From IMG/VR virus record IMGVR_UViG_3300035689_000001: DNA of 64,000 bases. The stretch is one strand, 5' to 3'. The stretch comes from an uncultured virus (IMG/VR IMGVR_UViG_3300035689_000001) (Duplodnaviria > Heunggongvirae > Uroviricota > Caudoviricetes). The notes below the pieces were generated by a model. The model worked only from the letters and a program-made list of their open reading frames with translations, was not told the origin of the DNA and did not search any database. Below are positions 57,933 through 64,000 of this stretch, piece after piece (positions within the stretch are counted from its first letter, which is position 1; every line of letters begins with the position of its first letter). A program made the translations under genes and the position numbers.

Positions 57933-59148
57933 AGAATACAACATTTACGATCGCCAAAACCTGACGTTTTGGGTGCGCCTCACCCTGAATGCTCCCCTGA
58001 GCCACATCAAGAATGTGGTGGGGAACACGTCACTGTTCAATACCCAGCATGTTTTGGATCTGGAGGGCCGTCGCGTACCCTGTCCGTTTTTCAGCGCCAA
58101 TGCGTTTCGCGGTTGGGTACTGCGCCGTATCGGCAATATGGCGACCCTGGACGCGATCGCATCCGGAGACTGGGCAGGTGAGTTGCCGCCCGATGCTCAC
58201 CACGCTGTGTTCTCTGGTGGTTCCCTGGGGAAGGGGGCCAGCATGGTGAATGCAATGGGGATGTATGACTACGTGGCACGGCTCTACCCGCCGTTGCGGT
58301 TGCTCGGCACCGCGAAACCAGGGGGACTCTTTGGCGAGAAGGGTTCCATGATGATGGAAGGGCTGCTCAACATCGGGAACTTCTGGTTAGTTTGCTATGA
58401 ATCAGCGCTGTACTGCCCACCCGCATTTCTGCCTGGTGAAGTGGTGGAGGCGATCGCCAACCTCAAAGAATCAGAGCAGCATTTACAGGAGTTACGCTGC
58501 CTGAACGGCTCCCCCATGCAGGATGTTTTAGCGTGTGGGACAGCGGAGCAGAAACAGCAGTATCGAGAGGCAGCAGAAGCCCATCAGCGACTACTGCGGC
58601 AGTACTGTCCGCTGATCCGTGAGGCACTGAAACCTTACGGACAATACTTGACGGATCATCAAACTACCCGGCGCGATTCCCACCATGATGCGACCCTGCG
58701 GCCCTACCTGCGGGAAGGATCCACTGGCCTACTGGAGGGCGATACGAAACGGAAGGTTGCTAAAGCTGAGCCAGAAAGCAACCAGATGATCGTGACGGAT
58801 CAGCTAATCGCTACCGGCTCGCAATTCTGCTCCAGATGGGATACCCGCACCCCAGGGATTACCGATGTTGAGGAAGGCTTCCTGGTGTTTGCCCTGGAGG
58901 AATGGGCAAAGAACCCGATGCTGGGGGGCAAAGCGTCTCGCGGGAATGGTGGCTATCCAGACATTGAAATCTGGTACGCCGTCAATGGTGAACCGCAGGG
59001 GCGGTACCTGGAACTGGTGAGCGGCACCCAGCGGTTTAGCGATCGGGCACAAAAGGCTCGCGATCGCTGGGCAGAATACTGCACTGCCTACAGATCATAT
59101 CTTTCGGAAAATCGTGATGCGATCGCAGGGTTTATCGGGGGTTCATAA
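57922..59148 (+). CDS. csf2: Type IV CRISPR backbone subunit Csf2 (Cas7 family)
   Basis: LTLNAPLSH, PFFSANAFRG.VLRR, VFSGGSL, YPPLRLLG, TRRD, NQMI...LIATG, LGGKASRGNG RAMP motifs; GGAGG RBS before ATG 57922. Confidence 0.85.
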   Translation: MKIEEYNIYDRQNLTFWVRLTLNAPLSHIKNVVGNTSLFNTQHVLDLEGRRVPCPFFSANAFRGWVLRRIGNMATLDAIASGDWAGELPPDAHHAVFSGGSLGKGASMVNAMGMYDYVARLYPPLRLLGTAKPGGLFGEKGSMMMEGLLNIGNFWLVCYESALYCPPAFLPGEVVEAIANLKESEQHLQELRCLNGSPMQDVLACGTAEQKQQYREAAEAHQRLLRQYCPLIREALKPYGQYLTDHQTTRRDSHHDATLRPYLREGSTGLLEGDTKRKVAKAEPESNQMIVTDQLIATGSQFCSRWDTRTPGITDVEEGFLVFALEEWAKNPMLGGKASRGNGGYPDIEIWYAVNGEPQGRYLELVSGTQRFSDRAQKARDRWAEYCTAYRSYLSENRDAIAGFIGGS

Positions 59149-60050
59149 TGCTGTTGCGCGAGATTCAACGGTTTGTCGAGAATGAACATGAGTATGCAAA
59201 GCTGTTGGCTCACATCCGCCAGGAGTTTCCCTACAAGATGCCGAAAACTCATGTCCGGTGGGAACTGCTGAGCGCGATCGCCACTATGATGACGGGGGTA
59301 GATGCGCAGGCAGCCCCCGATGCCGGAACCTATCTGCATTGCCGCCTTTGGCAACAGTGGGTACGGCAAAGATCGCCGCTCTACTGCATCAGCACGGATC
59401 TGCTGCGGCAGTTCGAGCTGACCGATACAGACAACCTGCCGGGGTTGGTGCCGAGCGATTGGGTACCGCCCCTGAATCTGTTTCTGCTGTGCTTCCCCAA
59501 TAACGCGGTTGTATCGCCCATTGGGCAGCCCATTCACTACATGCTGGTGGCTTTGATGCACCCCGAAATTCCAGGCGTAATCGGGAGTGAGCATCCGCGC
59601 CAGATATCGATCGCTCTGACGGATTACGGGGAATGCGTCTGGGTGTCTGGATCAGGGTTGGGGGAAGGGAAACTGTTGCATGAACGCAATAAACTTGGTT
59701 CCCACCCGACTGACAAACGAGAAGAGGCTTGGCTGGAGCAGATGATATCGATCGGGCTTCAGTGCAGCATGGCGATTTCATACCTGCCGGAACTAATCGA
59801 TTCCTCTGAATCCTCTAGTGAATCACCTCAGCGCCCAGGCGGGCGGCAACCATCCAATCGACCCAGGATTCTCACCCCCCGCTGGATTGGGCGCGACTTC
59901 CGGCGATCGCCTTCCACTAATTTGACCGGAACCCATGCCAGCCCCACGACTCATTGGCGTCGTGGCCACTGGCGGCAACAGCCATACGGGGAGGGCCGCA
60001 GTGAACGCCGCCTCGCATGGATAAAACCTACTTTGGTTGGATCGTCATGA
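59148..60050 (+). CDS. Unknown protein inserted between csf2 and csf3
   Basis: 300 aa, coupled on both sides; C-terminal HASPTTHWRRGHWRQQPYG...WIKPTLVG motif of a type seen in phage proteins. Confidence 0.7.
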   Translation: MLLREIQRFVENEHEYAKLLAHIRQEFPYKMPKTHVRWELLSAIATMMTGVDAQAAPDAGTYLHCRLWQQWVRQRSPLYCISTDLLRQFELTDTDNLPGLVPSDWVPPLNLFLLCFPNNAVVSPIGQPIHYMLVALMHPEIPGVIGSEHPRQISIALTDYGECVWVSGSGLGEGKLLHERNKLGSHPTDKREEAWLEQMISIGLQCSMAISYLPELIDSSESSSESPQRPGGRQPSNRPRILTPRWIGRDFRRSPSTNLTGTHASPTTHWRRGHWRQQPYGEGRSERRLAWIKPTLVGSS

Positions 60051-60799
60051 CTTATGTCCCACTCCGAATAACAGCCCAGATGGGCCAGCAACTCAGTGCC
60101 TACGATGACTGGTCACCCGCGATGGATTCCTTGCTGGAACGTCTCTGGTTTGTCCAGCAAGGCTACGCAGAACCCGACCCGCATCCTGATGAACTGCTCC
60201 ACGCCCCCATTCCACTCCAGATGGCGATCGCCCACCCAGGCGGCATCGTCACACCGATCACTACGCCCTCCAGTGAGCCAATGTTGCACCGTGAATTGCC
60301 AGCAGACTGGCTATGGTGCAGTTCCTCCCCCTGCTATTTCGTTAACTTCGAGGGACTCTACAGCGTGCGGAAGCGCCACGACCCGCATGTCACCAACCAC
60401 ATTGCGGATCGATCCTTTCGGTGGAGCAGCAGTGAAGGTCAACTGAAAGACTATGATCTACAGCTGCCGTTCCGCGACATCCGAAACTGCATCGTGTGGT
60501 TCGCTGTGGGGGATCGCACCGCCGTGGAGGCACTGCTCAAAACCTGCACCCATATCGGCAAAAAGTCCAGCATTGGGTACGGCCTCGTGACGAATTGGGC
60601 TGTTGAAGAAGTAACGTTTGACTACTCCACCTGGGGGCCGGATGGTGAGCTAATGCGACCACTCCCGACTCGACTGATGCCACAACGCCCGATTAACTTT
60701 GCGATCCGGCGATGGGGTTGGCGACCCTGCGGCAGGATCGCCCAGTACCAGGAAGTGTGCGCGATGCCTGCCCTGAATGTGCGGCGGTGGGAGGCATAA
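60047..60799 (+). CDS. csf3: Type IV CRISPR subunit Csf3 (Cas5 family)
   Basis: PLRITAQM...DSLL, WCSSS, WFAVGD...V..LL...HIGKKSSIGYGLVTNWAVEE, LMRPLP. Confidence 0.82.
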   Translation: MTYVPLRITAQMGQQLSAYDDWSPAMDSLLERLWFVQQGYAEPDPHPDELLHAPIPLQMAIAHPGGIVTPITTPSSEPMLHRELPADWLWCSSSPCYFVNFEGLYSVRKRHDPHVTNHIADRSFRWSSSEGQLKDYDLQLPFRDIRNCIVWFAVGDRTAVEALLKTCTHIGKKSSIGYGLVTNWAVEEVTFDYSTWGPDGELMRPLPTRLMPQRPINFAIRRWGWRPCGRIAQYQEVCAMPALNVRRWEA

Positions 60800-61569
60800 T
60801 GCTTTGCTACCTGTGCGGGCGTGAATCCGCTACCCACCTGGCACCCCTGAAAGATTCGTTTACGGCTCATTCGGCAGCGCGATCGCCCCGCAGCCAGGAA
60901 GGAGTGGCGGTTAAAAGCAAAACCGAAACCCATTACCACCTGTGCGATCGCTGCCATAGCCTGATCCTGGGGGATATGGCCCGCTGCTGGTACTGGAACC
61001 CCAATGCCGATAGCAAGCGGCAGCAGGGACAAAAGGGGGAATGGAGTCTGTTCTGGACGCGGGGAACAAGCTGGCTCATCAGCGAAACAGAACAGTTCCC
61101 CCGGATTGGCAACCCAATCGAGGTGACCCCAATCGACAGCAAAACTGGGAAACCCAAAACCCCCATGACGCTGCGGCAGATCTTCGACCTTCCGACCTAC
61201 CAGCAGGTTCGTGAGTGGCTCCTGAATCCACCGAGGCCACCGTTCAGGATCGTGATCGCTGAGTCTGGTAAAAAGCACATCGACTTCCTGTCGCAGGTGG
61301 CATACTGCCGCGATCGCTTCCCGGTCCAGTTTGAACTCGACACCCTCCAGGTAGATCGCGACGAGTTCACCTGGCTCCTCAATGCTTTTGAATCCCTGAT
61401 GGTTGCCGGGTTTAGCAAAACCGAAATCTTCACCGGGCAATATCGGAGCGATCGCCTCGCCAAGTCACTTCAGCAATATCACCAGAGCGACCCCGTGGTA
61501 AGTCCCTACCGGGGAACACGACTGCTGGGGCTTGTTCGATATGTTGCGCAAACAAAGGATTCAGTATGA
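60799..61569 (+). CDS. csf1: Type IV CRISPR large-subunit-like Csf1 (Cas8-like)
   Basis: CYLCG and LCDRC zinc finger, SFT, WLLNPPRPPF.IVIAESGKKH; TAATG coupling. Confidence 0.8.
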   Translation: MLCYLCGRESATHLAPLKDSFTAHSAARSPRSQEGVAVKSKTETHYHLCDRCHSLILGDMARCWYWNPNADSKRQQGQKGEWSLFWTRGTSWLISETEQFPRIGNPIEVTPIDSKTGKPKTPMTLRQIFDLPTYQQVREWLLNPPRPPFRIVIAESGKKHIDFLSQVAYCRDRFPVQFELDTLQVDRDEFTWLLNAFESLMVAGFSKTEIFTGQYRSDRLAKSLQQYHQSDPVVSPYRGTRLLGLVRYVAQTKDSV

Positions 61570-61733
61570 CCAAGACCCAACCTACTCCAAAACGCCCGTG
61601 CGATCGCCCCGACTGCCAGCAAGCCAACCACTGTCTTGCACCTGCACCGGAACAATGCCCTGCTCACCCCGGTGCCCCAACCTACCCGACCGCTACCCCA
61701 AAACACCTGAGAACCCCAACCATCCCCCTATGA
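61566..61733 (+). CDS. Small Pro/Cys-rich protein (55 aa, not in ORF track)
   Basis: ATGA overlaps at both ends; CDRPDC...HC...C..H. Confidence 0.45.
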   Translation: MTKTQPTPKRPCDRPDCQQANHCLAPAPEQCPAHPGAPTYPTATPKHLRTPTIPL

Positions 61734-62230
61734 GTAATCTCACTCCCTATGAGGGCGATCGCCCTCTTGTCCCGATCTCACTCCCCAACCACCCCTTATC
61801 TCTACCGCAGATTTCACTTTTTCCAAATCCCCAGAACTATCCCCCGATCCTCCTGCCCACAGTCACGCCTCCTCCTCTACCGCTGCCCCCGGAACCCCAG
61901 TGGGCTGAACTGACCTGGACCGTAATGGGTGATCGCATCCCTGCTGACCACTGCTACCGTCTCTACAGTGCCTTGGTGGAACGCATCCCAGCCCTCAAGG
62001 AAATGAACTGGCAACTCAGCACCATCACGGGGATACCGGATCGCCAGGGCTGGGTAAAGCTGGGGCGGCGATCGCGCCTGATGATCCGGTGTTCGCTCGA
62101 CCAGGTGCCAGCGTTCAGCACTCTGGACGGCACTATCCTGCGGGTTGGTCAAACCCTATTGCAGCTCGGCACCCTGGAGGGCAACAACCTGACCGCGTGC
62201 GAGACCCTGGAGAGCCGACTCGTCATCTAA
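61730..62230 (+). pseudogene. cas6: Cas6 (Cmx6/MYXAN-like) N-terminal half, truncated by an IS-derived element
   Basis: ELTWTVMGDRIPADHCYRLYSAL...ITGIP...RSRLMIR...LDG..LRVG...LESRLVI then a stop supplied by the element; Gly-rich C-terminal loop absent. Confidence 0.8.
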
Positions 62231-62631
62231 ACCTCCGAGATACCCCATCCGCCTACGCGGTGGGGAGGGATAGGAGCGGCAATTGAGGGGTTCGATACCC
62301 CGATATTGCCAAGTACAGGCGTACCAAAGTAAAATGAGAAACATGAGATGCCCAAAACCAAAGCGTCTCGAAGCACCTTGACAACCAGGGTTAGGGGGTT
62401 CTTGCCAGGAATGCTTGGCAAGGTAAAAACTCTGAGCACCAAGTAACTGAGATTCTTCTCTCCGTACCGTGGGACACACGGGATCGGGACTCTGAAATGG
62501 GTCAAAAAGTCTGTGGACATGATGTAAGACGGGAACATGGCTTGTCTGTGTACGCAAACGTGGATGAAGCAGAAACCTAAATCGTGAGGTTTGGGAATCC
62601 CCATCCCTCTATAGGGTGGGGAGGATGTCAA
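62227..62631 (+). mobile_element. Non-autonomous IS200/IS605-derived element (405 bp)
   Basis: Preceded by TCAT; 5' hairpin CCCCATCCGCCTACGCGGTGGGG; ACCGTGGGACACACGGGA tnpB-3'-like remnant; TCAA end; 3' part repeated at 1..127. Confidence 0.85.
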
Positions 62632-62827
62632 TCTGGGTCTATGACCCTACCCAGCTTTCGATAACCCCCGGCCTGACGATCGCCGAATTGGTACATCTGA
62701 TTCGCAACACCAACAACAACATTACATCGTTGCGGTTGAGCGGCAAGAAGGAGCAAACGATGGTGCTGGCGATCGTGCGGGGTGATGAGGCCCAGAAGCT
62801 GGAACAGTTCATGCAGGAGTTGGAGGG

Positions 62828-63304
62828 GTGAGTACCCTGCTACTGGCCTTTAGGTTTGCCCCGCTGGTGATGGCGATCGTAGCGATCGTCTGGCTTGAGT
62901 TTATGTACCGTCGGTTCAAGATAAAGCTTTGGTACAGGCTCACGGGGCGGTTGAATTATCCAGTCTGGAGCACGATGGTGCTCCAACAGATCGATGGCCT
63001 CGGCTGGTTGATGTGGGTGCGGTTAGGGTACTGCTGCATCCTGGGGTTTGTCGCGATCAAGCTGTGCAACGACATCTTGTTTGTCGAAACAGTGAGACAG
63101 GACTTCCTGGAACTGCGGCGAGAAATGGTTTTGATGCAGGATCAGGCAAGGGAGATTCAGGAGCGTCGTAATGCCCTGGCAGAAAGCGGCTGTCTATTGG
63201 GACTACACTGCATCGCAATGGGCGGTGACGGCAGAGATTGCGACAACTTTGATCACTGCAACGGGATGCAATCCCTTACGGATAATTTCGAACAACAAAC
63301 CTAA
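62828..63304 (+). CDS. Hypothetical membrane protein with Cys-rich C-terminus
   Basis: 158 aa, two TM segments, GGAGG RBS. Confidence 0.55.
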   Translation: MSTLLLAFRFAPLVMAIVAIVWLEFMYRRFKIKLWYRLTGRLNYPVWSTMVLQQIDGLGWLMWVRLGYCCILGFVAIKLCNDILFVETVRQDFLELRREMVLMQDQAREIQERRNALAESGCLLGLHCIAMGGDGRDCDNFDHCNGMQSLTDNFEQQT

Positions 63305-63581
63305 CAAAATAGTCCATGTTTAATAACAGAAAATGTCTATTAAATGTCTATTATTTGTTGACATTTAATATTAGGAATTGTTAAAATATATATATAGAAA
63401 AACATTTTATAAGTCATGTTTACTTTCCTCGCTTTCATCGCTCTTCTCCTGATTTTCTCTGACAGCAATCGGATCGACCTCATCAATATCTTCAACGCGG
63501 CTGCACTTGCCTTTGCCCTTACCTACATTGCTCAGGCTGCGTTTTAGTCCAGCGATTATTAACTGGACTTTTGACTAAATC

Positions 63582-63686
63582 GCGCCGATTTTTTCTGAAA
63601 CACTGGCGCTGCCAGTGTTTCAGAAAAAATCGGCGCTAAAATTAGATATGCCGCGAAACGCTCTTGCAGAGAGCGTTTCGCGGCAT
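63582..63686. repeat. Two adjacent perfect hairpins (26-bp and 17-bp stems)
   Basis: GCGCCGATTTTTTCTGAAACACTGGC-GCT-reverse complement (63582..63636); ATGCCGCGAAACGCTCT-TGCAG-reverse complement (63648..63686). Confidence 0.85.
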
Positions 63687-64000
63687 TGCAGAAAAGATAG
63701 TCAAAACTCCAGTTATTAATCAACTTATTTTAGCTTCTATTAAAATGACTCTTCTGCAACTGGCTCTATTTATCCTGATTCAATCGGCGATCGCTACATT
63801 CCTGATGATCATTTTTGGTTATCTACAGCCTGAAGAAATTAACCCATTCATTATTCTCGGAATCTTCCTCGCTGCCTTTAGTCTTGCTCATTAACGAGGC
63901 CCCGGATGTTCAGCACAATCATTATCTACCCCTATTCCTGGACCTGGGCTTTTGACGCCGCCGCCTACGCCATTCTGGCCGCAACTGCCCTGAAGCTCGC

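Noticed and set aside
62616..62831. Continuation of cas6 after the insertion
   Set aside because: No Cas6 C-terminal Gly-rich loop; probably the remnant of an unrelated gene whose start lies in the IS end
1..64000. tRNA, rRNA, reverse transcriptase/DGR, integrase or tnpA genes
   Set aside because: None recognised by eye; a tRNAscan or HMM search would be needed to exclude them formally

Overview
A 64 kb segment of a large cyanobacterial temperate phage or phage-plasmid-like element. The host is inferred from the very frequent HIP1 octamer GCGATCGC and from cyanobacteria-type protein families. From left to right it holds: a minus-strand contractile-tail/baseplate block (GH19-like+M23 lysin, baseplate J, gp25-like, fibre-like proteins); a divergent 3,791-aa tape-measure gene; small acidic ORFs opposite an XRE regulator; an orphan 3-repeat CRISPR mini-array with I-E/IV-like repeats just upstream of terS-terL; a WYL regulator; and a tightly coupled operon (Csx3, membrane peptide, cupin, two radical-SAM-like proteins, CYTH, adenylate kinase) with a second, divergent Csx3. 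It continues with an FtsK/TraB-like ATPase-HNH module, an IsrB element with its omega-RNA, a GIY-YIG-WYL fusion, a DHH phosphoesterase, and a type IV-like Cas operon (putative cas11, csf2, csf3, csf1, IS-truncated cas6) interleaved with unknown genes. Many IS200/IS605-derived elements and end-palindromes are present but no tnpA. No capsid, portal, sheath, integrase or replicase was recognised, so the element extends beyond the window. All protein calls come from motifs read by eye; no database search was run.
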